Below are positions 36,101-46,354 of a stretch of 64,000 nt of DNA, one piece after another. The stretch covers positions 2,666,001-2,730,000 of the forward strand of contig OZ374557.1 in NCBI GenBank assembly GCA_977862235.1, read 5' to 3'. Within the stretch, counting starts at the first letter, position 1; the number at the start of each line of letters is the position of its first letter. A program made the translations under genes and the position numbers. This DNA is from Dudresnaya verticillata (lineage: Eukaryota). Under the pieces are notes generated by a model. The model was not told the origin of the DNA. It did no database searches and was given only the letters and a program-made list of their open reading frames with translations.

Positions 36101-37502
36101 AACCCGTATGTTCCACAACCTACGCCGGCAAGTGCATTGGCCAGATATGGCCCTAACCGTCTACTCCACCGTTCGAAATTGCGTACAATGTGCGAAAGAA
36201 CGAGTCAAGCTCAGAAAGCATACTTCGTTCCTCAAGCTCTTCCCAGCCACTGCTCCATTGGAGTTTGTCGGGATTGACATTTTGGGTCTACTGACCAAGT
36301 CAAGCAAGGGAAATGAGTACTTGATCGTGATTACGGATCGCTTCTCAAAGCTAACCCGAACTGTTCCACTCAAGAAAATTACGGCCTATACCGTTGCTAA
36401 GACCTTCTGAGACCACTGGGTTTATGTCTATGGACCTCCGCTGTATGTGCTATCAGACAATGGGTCCCAGTTTGCCTCAAAGTTCTTCATGAAAATCTGC
36501 AGCATTCTGCGAGTGCGTAATCTATTTACGTCTACCTACCACCCACAAAATAACGGCTAGACCGAGCATTTTAACCGCATCATTCTAACCGGGCTAAGGC
36601 ACTTTATCGCTGAGAATCAGCGCGACGGGGATGAGTTTTCTAATGCGCTCAAGTTTGCGTACAACACCACCGTGAAAAAAGCCACCGGGCTAGCCCCTTT
36701 CGATCTGGTGATCTCAAATCCACCGAACGCCCTGCTATTGGAGCGATCCGAGACGGTGGAAGTTGCCAACGTCCCCGCGACTAATATCAAGAAACGCTTA
36801 TCAGGGCGGTTAGAGCGGATGATGGACACAGCTCTCCCTCGTTTGAGGCTCGCACAGAAGCGCTATCAAGCGGACTTCAATCGACGGGCTCGACCCGCGA
36901 ACCGGAATATTCGAGTTGGCAGCTGGGTATTCCTAGAGCACGAGACTCGGGTGAAAGACGCAGATGGCGTGGATCGCGAAGGCAAACTGCTTCCTAAGGC
37001 GCTGGGCCCATATAAGGTGGTGGATCGTGGCACGCACGTTGTGGTCCTTGAAGTCAAGGGCGAACGGGAATCAGTCTCCCTAGACAGAGTGACGCTAGCG
37101 CCTCCCCCTGATGAGCCACTGGATGCTCGGGGTGAAGCCCCTACTATCATGGAGGCGAATCCGGCTACCGGCCCAAGCCCCATTGAGTCAGGAACCGCGC
37201 CCTTGACCGCGCTACATCCGGTACAGGCGAATCCCACTAACGCCGCTCCACCCATCGCTGAGGGCGAAGGCCCTGAACAAGAGCCTGAGAGCTCACCAGG
37301 GGAGCGCCGCTTCTCACGCTCTCAGCGCCCTTCCCTGCGCGAGCACGTCTATGATCGGATCGTGTCCTATGACCCCGAGTCGGCGCGGTATAAGATCCGC
37401 TGGCACCAGCGCTCGGCCGCTGACGACACGTGGGAACCACGGGAGAACCTCCCTCACAACCTCGTGGCGAGGTATCATCGCAAACGGGCCATTCTCCTCT
37501 AA
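33137..37502 (+). pseudogene. pol: E3 pol (PR, RT, RH, IN, chromodomain) with several stops/frameshifts
   Basis: VLDTGAG, YLDD, TDHQAL, HPG..C..C, HVYDRIVSY..YKIRW..DDTWEPRENL. Confidence 0.95.
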
Positions 37503-38166
37503 CTCGAAGTATGCAACACAGCTTTCCCCCGTCGTGATAGGAGTTGGCGAGCGCCTGGAGGTAGAAGAATTACCCTCTCGGCCTCACGCCCCCTTTTGGT
37601 TTCATGGCCTCATACCGTGCGACACAACCCGCCAGGCGGCGCTGTCAGATGCTATGGGCAGAGTTGTAAGCCAAAATAGCACAGTACTGGTGACTGGCGC
37701 CTTTGGGCGTACTGTGGCCGCACAGCGAGAGGAGATATATCTCAAGTGGGAAAGGACACTGTCTGGCGACGGTATGATATCTAGTATTGTACGCGCACGT
37801 ACGCCAAGAATCGGTTTGGAAACAACTGTCTACTTCCCCCACTGCGAGGGGGAAGTCAGCAAGCTTCCTGCCCTAGAGGTTGACCTCGACGTGATGCTAG
37901 GGGCGCTTCGACCCGTTCGCCGCTACGCTTGGCATTCCAGGATAATTGCCCCTTCTCTCTCTGCCAAATGGTGCAGGTGTCATGGAGCGGAGGCTCACCT
38001 CCTATGCCAGGAAGCTGAAACAGGGCTGAGGCCCTTGCCTACTGTACAAACCAACGAGGTTAACTCGCGCACGACGAGCACTTTAACTTTAACACTAATC
38101 CAACTGATGTTGGCGGCGGCCATTAGCTTGGTGAATTCCCCCGTCAACAGTGACTTTTATTCTTAA
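37351..38166 (+). CDS. Possible extra sense ORF after pol in E3
   Basis: 271-codon ORF in an otherwise decayed element; no recognisable motif. Confidence 0.3.
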   Translation: MIGSCPMTPSRRGIRSAGTSARPLTTRGNHGRTSLTTSWRGIIANGPFSSNSKYATQLSPVVIGVGERLEVEELPSRPHAPFWFHGLIPCDTTRQAALSDAMGRVVSQNSTVLVTGAFGRTVAAQREEIYLKWERTLSGDGMISSIVRARTPRIGLETTVYFPHCEGEVSKLPALEVDLDVMLGALRPVRRYAWHSRIIAPSLSAKWCRCHGAEAHLLCQEAETGLRPLPTVQTNEVNSRTTSTLTLTLIQLMLAAAISLVNSPVNSDFYS

Positions 38167-38253
38167 CTCATGCACAGACATTAACTTCTACGCAGCAAAC
38201 CCGCACTAACTTCTTGGGCTAAACGCCCTAATGAGCAACAGGAGGATGGAAGT

Positions 38254-39920
38254 CTACTCATCCTCCGTCAAGTCAACGACCTCGTCGTTGTCCACATTAG
38301 CTGGACGCACGGCACCGACAGGGTGGATAATACGCTGCACTTCGCGGATGATGTCGCGGCTGGATGGGGTCCGTTTCCAAAGGAGTTGGCTCCTCTTCGA
38401 GCTCTTCCGTAATGACGAGCTCGGTCTTAGCCAGGCCCCCGCCTTCTTCCTGCATGACTTGCGACTCCTCATCGGGCGACACCCTGGCGCTGTCCAATGC
38501 TGCAGTCTTGGAGACGAGTTGCACTGATGTCAGACTCGATCGGACCAGTCCCGGACACCGCGTTGCCTTCAATAGGTAGTGACGGCGGCGCTTCACCCGT
38601 CGGCAGGGAAGACACCACCACTGCCCCAGGGGCCGAAGTGGACGCTGGAGCAGGCGGCGCCGCAGGAGCGGCAGGCTCAATCCGATCCTCATCCCTCTCG
38701 CTGGCCGGTGCCGTTGCTGCCGCCGTTGTTGTTGGCTTTTGAGACGGGGTTGCTCCAAGGGCAGCTTCCGAAACCGGAGGAAGAGGCGCCATTGCCGCGT
38801 CATTCTCGCGATCATCACGTCTCTCTGCAAGCGGGACACTCCCCGTATTGCCAGGAATGGTGGCGCCCTGAATTGCCAAGCCTTGCGCTATCTCCTCCTC
38901 CTAACGGGCGCGACGCCCCGCTGATCCGATACCATGACGAACTCTGGGTCGAGTCTCTCCAATAGGAGCCGCCGACGCGGCTCCCACGGGGCCGGTAACG
39001 ATGGCTGTAGATTCCGCCGGGGCCGAACTGGTCGCCGTGTTGGCCAATTCCTCCCGCGCGACAGGTGCTTCTCGCTCCGCCTTAGCTGACTCGCCCAAAC
39101 GGGGCAAGCCCCGGAAATGTTCTGACATACGTTGGATGGGTCCCGGAACCGTAAGCCACGAGGCTTCGTAGTCAATCATGGCTGCTTCTACCCAATCTGC
39201 AAAGGAGTGCACCGTCAGGTTCTGGATATTCCAGTGCGTGTGGAGCCTCACAGCCAAACCGCGCTGGCGGAACACTTCACGAATCGCGGCGTCCGCCTTA
39301 CTACGGCCGTGAATAACCGGAGGGGTGTAGGGGCCCAGAGGTTGACCATTGGTCAGGGCGTCATACGCTGGCACCTCCGAAGGCGCTTTCGGCTCTTACC
39401 AGTTGTTGCATACCCACCCCGCGGTGAAGCCGGATCGCAGGCGCATGCCTTCATCTGCTTCCAAGGAAGCCGGTCCACTGGGACACTCTTGAGTAGGTCT
39501 TCGGGAATATCCGGTGCCCAGACCTCGGGGTCAAAGTCAACCCAATCTCCACGGTCGAAGACCGGCGAAAACACGCCTGTACTCTCCGGCAAGAACCGGT
39601 TCCGCTTCGGCACTTGTCGCCATACGATGAGCTATACGAAAAGCAGGAGCGAGTCCAAATCAACGGCATCGTCGGCATTACCCGTGAACTCGGACGACCC
39701 GATCTCGCGAATGTCGTCGCGCAACTTCCGGTTAATGAAGAACAAGCAGCCTTTCCGCGCCTCGTACATGAAGACTTGGGTGATGAGAACGATCCGTTCG
39801 TGCCGGTAAAGAAGCCACAACAGGCTCGTGTTGGACGACTGCACCAGCTCCAGGCCTAGGTAGGCAACAATGGTGGGCACTCCCACCGGCATCGAATACG
39901 ATAGTTCGTAGTATTCGTAG
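38254..39920 (-). pseudogene. Antisense ORF of E3, fragmented and truncated at the E2 junction
   Basis: Minus ORFs 39632-, 39353-, 38901-, 38469-, 38254-; motif VGVPTIVAYLGLEL; Ala/Pro-rich tail. Confidence 0.65.
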
Positions 39921-40764
39921 TGTGGTATAGACGCTATCCGTGAAACGCCTCCGTGGCCTACGTGAAAATAATCCAGAAAATACGAATTTCGAAATGACTC
40001 CGTGAATGCGCACGCCACGATGGCAAACGTATTACAGTGCGCATACTATGCGCGCGCCACGATGGAATACGCATTACAGCACGCACGTGATACGAAATCG
40101 CTGACACCTCCGGACGAAACCCGAGCCGACTTCGTGATCGCGCGCGCCACGATGGCATTCGCATTACAGTGCGCACCCGATACGAAATCGCTGACACCTT
40201 CGTGACTTTCCCGTTTTTTCCCGCGCGTAACGGCACCGGAGCCCACGAGACACGCGCACCTCCGTATGCATCGCTGGCGCACTTCGCAACCGCCACCATA
40301 CATGAGGCGACCGTTCGTTGGCACCGAGGCCGTTACGAATCATTCGAGTACGAACCGTCTCCCGAGTTCACGCGCATTAGTGCTCACGTCGTAGTACTGA
40401 GCCAGTCGTCTGGCACAAGCTCCGAGGGTTTTCGGTAAGCGACTAGCGCCCGGACCTCGGAGTATTTGGTAAACGCCTGTTTCTTCGAATTCGGTGTCTT
40501 CCTCTTCGTGACCGCGGATACAGTCGAGCCTCGCTTTCGATAGCCCCGCGCACCCGGAGTCATCCCCGGTGATCGATCGCTCGAGTTCCCCCTTCCGCAC
40601 ACGAAAACGTTGACACCGTGGTCCTTCGTGTTGGTCGCTCCGCTCTACCACGCTACCACCCCTTTTCGTTTCTCCGTTAGGCTATGAGGCCATTCGTTAG
40701 GCTCCAAGGCCATTCCTTACAGTGCGAGACTTCCCCGTGTCTCCGTGGACCTCGTTATACCACA
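39921..40764 (+). repeat. Left LTR copy of E2 (reverse complement of 53269-54111)
   Basis: TGTGGTATAGACG...CGTTATACCACA; full-length inverted match with scattered substitutions; internal 89 bp repeat. Confidence 0.93.
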
Positions 40765-40766
40765 CT

Positions 40767-40783
40767 CGGCCCCCCCTCAAGAG
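40767..40783 (-). promoter_or_regulatory. Polypurine tract of E2
   Basis: CTCTTGAGGGGGGGCCG on minus, 2 nt from the LTR TG; resembles the E3 PPT GAGGGGGGCCG. Confidence 0.85.
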
Positions 40784-41382
40784 CGAACGTCCCGGTCGCG
40801 GGTTACGAATTACGAAATGGCGTGGCCCGGTTTCCCTAGGTGGAACGCGGATGGAGCCATCCGAGTGGCAGCGCGGAGATTGCTTCGAGCTCACGTCGTC
40901 GCACAGCGGTGCCTCGGGGCTTACGAATTTGAATTCGGATCACGTGTGCGATGGCGCCTTCGTATTGGCTAATCACGAAGATATTTTTGCGTACGTAGAA
41001 CGGGTTAGGGCTGCGGCGCCGTCCGTCGACGCGTGCGCGCGCGGATCACGGAGACGGGGCGCGAGCCGCGTGGGTTATTTCAACTTCGTGTTGCGCTGGG
41101 TCCGAGCACATTACTTCTCCGTTCAACGCGCACACGCACAACTCGCTTCAGCTCCTTGGCTTTAGGTCTTCGCGGTCCGTTTGCTCCTTCGTGTGCGCTG
41201 GTGCGTCCTTTCGCGTCTCTTCGCGTATCGTTCGCTCCGCTCCGTGGCGTTCGTGTTGTTGCTTCGTTGGTCTCAGTGGTTTGCGGTGGTCGGTTGCGGG
41301 TCGTGGGTCTCGGTGTTGGGGGCAAGTGTTGCGCGTCCTCCGTGGGTTGCGTTACGTTTAACTTCGTGTCACGTATCTTGCG

Positions 41383-43442
41383 ATGGTCGAGAAGGGTCCC
41401 GAGAAGGGAACCGAGTCCCACGAAGAGCGCGTCGATGCGACTCGCCGTCGCCTCGAGGGCGAGCTCGCTGCTGCCGCGGAGCGGGAGGCCTCGGTGCCGA
41501 CGCGGGATGTTGCGGTGCCTCCGAGGGCTTCGGGTCCGGCATCGGATGTCGCTGATCTCGCGGCGGACTCCGGTGAATACGTGCCACGGACTCTTGCGAT
41601 TCCGCACGTGGTGGACATCGGGGCTTCGGGGCCTTCGTGTGCGGCGGACCTCGGTAGTCCGTACGTAAGTTCGGGCGGTTCGAATCCGCAATTCGTGAAT
41701 CGGGGTTGGCAACCGAGTGCTTCGTTAGGCCCCCGAAATTCGGGGCAAAGGATGAGAGTGCTCCGAGGCTTCCGTCTGCGCATCTGTACTTCGCATGGGA
41801 TGAGTTCGCAGTTTCCGGAGTTACTCACGAAGAGGTCGTTGCCTACGATGGCCGCGTTCGTCCGGATCTCGCTTGCTTCCGTGCGCTTTGCGAGGGTCGC
41901 GATGACAACGGAGCCGGGATCTTTCACGTATTCTGGCCCCGTGGCTCCATGTATCCGACTCCGTTGGGTCTTCCGTGTGACGTTTCCTACGTGACTTCGG
42001 TCGACGAGGTCACTTACGTAGATGCGTGTGCTCGTGTGCTCCTGGCACCGGGTGCGGGTATCTCCGTGGATTCTCCGGTTGTCGCGTTGGCTCGTTTTCG
42101 CGTCTTCCCCGAGTTCGAGTCTGCTACGGGGAACGTATGGCGTCACGTAGATTCGGTATCACGCATCCTTCGTGTTCACATCGGTCCCGGAGACTGGGCT
42201 CGGTTTCGCGGAGTGGGCACGATGCCAGATCGAGTGGATACGAGTGCGCGTTTCGACGACCGAGTGCCTCTGAGCATGTTCCCGAGTTCGTGTTGGCTCG
42301 ATAGCCTCAATGTTCGGGCCCCCGCGGGCTTAGTCGTGCCACCTCCGAGGGTGATTCGATATTTCGGGCTCATCGTAGATACGTATTCGGAGCGGGCGAG
42401 GAAGTGCTTCGAGCGTTTTTGTGACTCCGAGTATCGCTTCGAACTTGGTCGCGCGTTGATATCCGATGTTACGCAGCGCCAATACGTATGGGTACTCGAT
42501 ACGTCGTTGATCAACTTCGTTCGTGAGCGCTGGCCGAAGCCATTCTCCGAGGATGGCGGTTATCCCGATCTTTCGCTCCGTGGCTCGGATCGTACGACGT
42601 CGTTTTCGAGGGTGCTTGCGATTGCCATCGAGGCCACGGATCGGAGGGAGCTCCAGTCGACCCGTCGCGATTTTCCGACAGGACAGTGGTCTCAAGTGGT
42701 CGGACACGACGTGGGCTCCGGGGCCTGGTTCGATTGGCGACACAACCGTCCGTCACGAGGAGGGCGCGGTCCGCGAGTTGATCCGTTTTCGCATCCAAGT
42801 GCTGCGGTTCGTGCCATCGGAGGCGAGGTTGGTCCGTTGCCGCGCGTTCCTCGTTCTGTAGCTCCGGTTCCTTCGTCTTTGCTGACTCCGGGGTCATCTC
42901 TTGGCACCGGGGCTGTCGCGTTGGTGCCGATCGTTTCGGGTTCTTCGATCGCGAGTCTCGAGATGCGCTGTCCTACGGATATTCGCAGTCTCGACTCCGT
43001 GAGCGATGCGTGTCGCGAAGCGGGGATCTCCCTCGATGGGACTCTTCGACAACTGCTGGAAGATCTCGGCGGGAGTTTCCTTCGCGCGGTTACGGAGGTG
43101 AGGCGCCTTCGTAGGCAGCTTCGTGATCGGGATGCGGAGATAGCGGACCTTCGTCATCGTATTCGCGACCTCCAGTTGAGCGGTAAGCGTCGGCGCGAAG
43201 ATTACGGTTACCCGAGTTACGATGCTCCGCGTTACGGGTCTGGCTCCGGAGGCCCTTCGGGCTTCGGACCCAGCGGTGGCGACGGTTACGATGGTCACCG
43301 CGGACAATCGCAGACATCGGATCTGTATGCGCCGAACTTTCTTCGCGTGACTCGAGATGAAAACGGAAACGATCCTCGTGATAATCCGCCTTACGACTCC
43401 GCAAACCCGTATGGTCGCTCTTTTTTGTACGATTGTACGTAG
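41383..43442 (+). CDS. Antisense ORF of E2 (578 aa main ORF 41706-43442 plus probable frameshifted N-terminus); coiled coil and G/S/P/Y-rich tail
   Basis: Long ORF between PPT and pol, antisense; motif VPPPRVIRYFG; EVRRLRRQLRDRDAEIADLRHRIRDL coiled coil. Confidence 0.8.
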
Positions 43443-44734
43443 TGTTAGCACCGAGGCTTTCTCTTTTTGCTTCGGAGCTGCGTGGTTTCTTGTTTTCGGT
43501 ATCGAGCTACTTGTTCTCGGAGTTCACGGTGGCGGGGTCTCGGTCTCGTGGTACCGTCTCGAGTAAACGTTTTTCTCTTTCTCGACTTTTCTTTTGCCTC
43601 GTAGTGATAGTTGCGTAGTTGTTGGCGTCGTAGCGTTAGCTTCGTAGCTTCTCGTAAACGAGCTTCGTGCTCAAGTGTGCGAGTCTGGAACTTGTGCGTG
43701 GCGCGGCTTCGTTTTTCTCGACTCCGTGGCCTACGTGATGCGTGTGACGTTACTTGCGAATAAAATTACGCGTGTTTCCTTCGAGGAGTTGAGTCATCGA
43801 GACTTCGTGAGATCTGCGTGCACGGCCCCCTCCTCAAGACGAAGGCGTCCGCGCCGACGTGCTTGGGGGAGCGGGTGTTGCGATGACAAGTGCGTGAACT
43901 CCGGGGCGGTCGCGTGCGAGCTTCGAGGCAAGCGGCCATCGGGCGCACGGCGAGGAATCCGTGGTCGCGTCGAAGGTGCGTCGTAAAAAACGGTGAGCTC
44001 CGGGGCTCGAGCGAGGGGTGAGTCGGCATCTGCGCTGCTCCGAGGCAAGCGATCAAGCGACATTGGTGTGATGCGCGGGGTGCGAAGGCGAAGTGCGTGT
44101 TGCGGGTGGCATCGGCCTCGAGGTATGATGTCAGGCGCGTATGACAAGTTACGTATAGGTCACCGTGTCCGTCCGTCGTGGTGTCAGCTCCTGTCATGCG
44201 AGTGCCGCGGTGCAACCGGGTGCGCGCGGTGCGCCTTTGTGGATTTAACGAGGGGCGCTGAGTTGGGGCGGGGGTGGTCGACACCGCCCGACGGCGTGGA
44301 GCGCAACTTCGTGGGGGCAAGGGCTTCGTGATCGCGTATCGTTGATGCGGTGGCATGTCGTCTCCGAGGACCTCGGTGTCGTGCGGCGCGCGGCAGAGGA
44401 GTGGCGCGGCGGGTTGCGTTGGCGTGCATCGTGTGCCATCGAAAGTGCGCAGCTGCGGTAGCGTCATGTGCGAGGTGGCGGCCATCTGCTCCGAGGCATG
44501 CGTGTGCGTCGGGGCTGTGGTCGTGCGTGACGAAGACGCGTCGTGAAATACGAAGTCGAGGATCACGAAGTTGGACCGTGATGTGCGCCGAGCGGCACTG
44601 GGCGATCGGATGCTCCGAGGCAATCGAAATGAGCAGCTACGTAGTGAGCACGTGGCTGGCGAGAGCGGGGTGTGGCTCCGGGGCCTTTCGAGTGGGGAGG
44701 ACAGTGCGACGCGCAATCCGGGTGAGCGGGAGCG

Positions 44735-46354
44735 TTAATCGTGCGACGAATTGTGCAGCACGAAGTCGGGGCCACGGAACCACTCGGGGTCCCAGTCGGA
44801 TAGCCATTCGTGGGCGAGTAGCACGGGATCACGCCGGTCCGCTTGGCTTCGAAGCCTTTCGAAGTAGCGCGAAACGAGTTCTTCGGGCACGTGCGTACGA
44901 GGTTCCCACGTAGGCGTCGCGTAGCCGTCCCACTTGATACGAAACACGAATTTTCCGGCGTCGTCGGTCGCGTGATCGAGGATGCGATCGACAACGTATT
45001 CGGTGCCCTCGGTGATCTTTTCCGCAATGTCTTCGGGTCGCGTAATCGACGGTCGCGAATTCGTAGGGGGTGGCGTGTAGATGCAGCGGTCCGCGGAGAC
45101 GCGTTCAACGAGGCCCTTGCGATCGATTACGATTGTACGCGTATCGTTGAAGAGCACTTTGTACGGCCCCTCCGCGGGGGATTTCAACTTCGGAAGTTTC
45201 GTTTTCCCATCGTGGGTATCGAGGTACACGTAGTCTCCGGGTTTGACGCGGCTCTTCGTGTGGCGGATGCGCTTATCGAAGTCGCGTTTGTAACGATTTT
45301 GAACTCGCTGTAGCGAAGTGCGTGCGGAATCGATGGCGAAATCGAGTCGCTTAACGAAATCGTTGCAAAGGTCCTCCGTGGGTTTTGGTCGATGTTTCCG
45401 GGAGCGATGTTTCACAGTGAACTCGGGCGGTGGTCGCGATAAAACGAGATTGAACGGAGTTGTCTTCGTAGACCGATGAGCGTGGCAATTGTACGAATAC
45501 GTTAACGCGGAAACGTAGCGGTCCCAATCGTTTTGGTGGTCGTTCACGTAGTTACGAAGCATCGCGAGGATAGTGCGGTTATAGCGTTCGGTTTGTCCAT
45601 TCGTTTGCGGATGACACGCGGAAGTGAATACGTTCGATAACCCGAGTAAGCGACAGACGCCCTGAAAGAACTTCGAAGTAAACTGTTTCCCGTTATCCGA
45701 GAGCACCGAGGCTGGCGGTCCATACTTGAAGATCCAAACTTCGCAAAAGGCAACGGCGACGTGATACGCGGTTATTACTCGTAGTGTGGCCACCTGGGTC
45801 AACTCCGTAAAGCGATCCGTAATCACTAGAATGAACTTGCGTCCGGATTTCGTTCGTGGCAACGGGCCTAAGATGTCAATCGCGACCGATTCGAGTGGGC
45901 GCGTAGCGGAGAAGAGCTTCAAGCGATGAAGATTCCTTCGGAGACGGATTCGATTCCTTGCGCAATGTTTGCAGTTACGAACCGTGGATGCGATACCGGC
46001 GGCCATGTAAGGCCAGTAATACGTTTCACGAAGCGAGTAGAACATACGATTTTGCCCCAGGCGGCCAGCGAGTAACGAATGATGCGCCAGCGTGAGCAAG
46101 CGAGGTCGGAGCGTCTCGGGCAATACGATTTGCGTTAGCTTCGGAATCGTTGGGTGCGTTCGTCGCAGGAGACCGTCTCCATCTTCGTGAAAGAGACTAT
46201 CCTTCGTTTTCGATTGTCGTGATTGCACCGTTTGGCAGAACGAATCAATACGTTGTCCTTCGAGGATTTCGGTTACCGTAATCGGTGCAGGTAGGTCTAC
46301 GGGTTTCACGTCGGTGAGGTCACTCGGTTCGTCGGCGTCGCGTAGCCGTCCCAC
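44735..46354 (-). CDS. E2 integrase copy 2 with complete chromodomain
   Basis: LSDNGKQF, GQTER, YVVDRILDH..FRIKWDGYATPTWEP. Confidence 0.93.
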   Translation of the reverse strand: MGRLRDADEPSDLTDVKPVDLPAPITVTEILEGQRIDSFCQTVQSRQSKTKDSLFHEDGDGLLRRTHPTIPKLTQIVLPETLRPRLLTLAHHSLLAGRLGQNRMFYSLRETYYWPYMAAGIASTVRNCKHCARNRIRLRRNLHRLKLFSATRPLESVAIDILGPLPRTKSGRKFILVITDRFTELTQVATLRVITAYHVAVAFCEVWIFKYGPPASVLSDNGKQFTSKFFQGVCRLLGLSNVFTSACHPQTNGQTERYNRTILAMLRNYVNDHQNDWDRYVSALTYSYNCHAHRSTKTTPFNLVLSRPPPEFTVKHRSRKHRPKPTEDLCNDFVKRLDFAIDSARTSLQRVQNRYKRDFDKRIRHTKSRVKPGDYVYLDTHDGKTKLPKLKSPAEGPYKVLFNDTRTIVIDRKGLVERVSADRCIYTPPPTNSRPSITRPEDIAEKITEGTEYVVDRILDHATDDAGKFVFRIKWDGYATPTWEPRTHVPEELVSRYFERLRSQADRRDPVLLAHEWLSDWDPEWFRGPDFVLHNSSHD

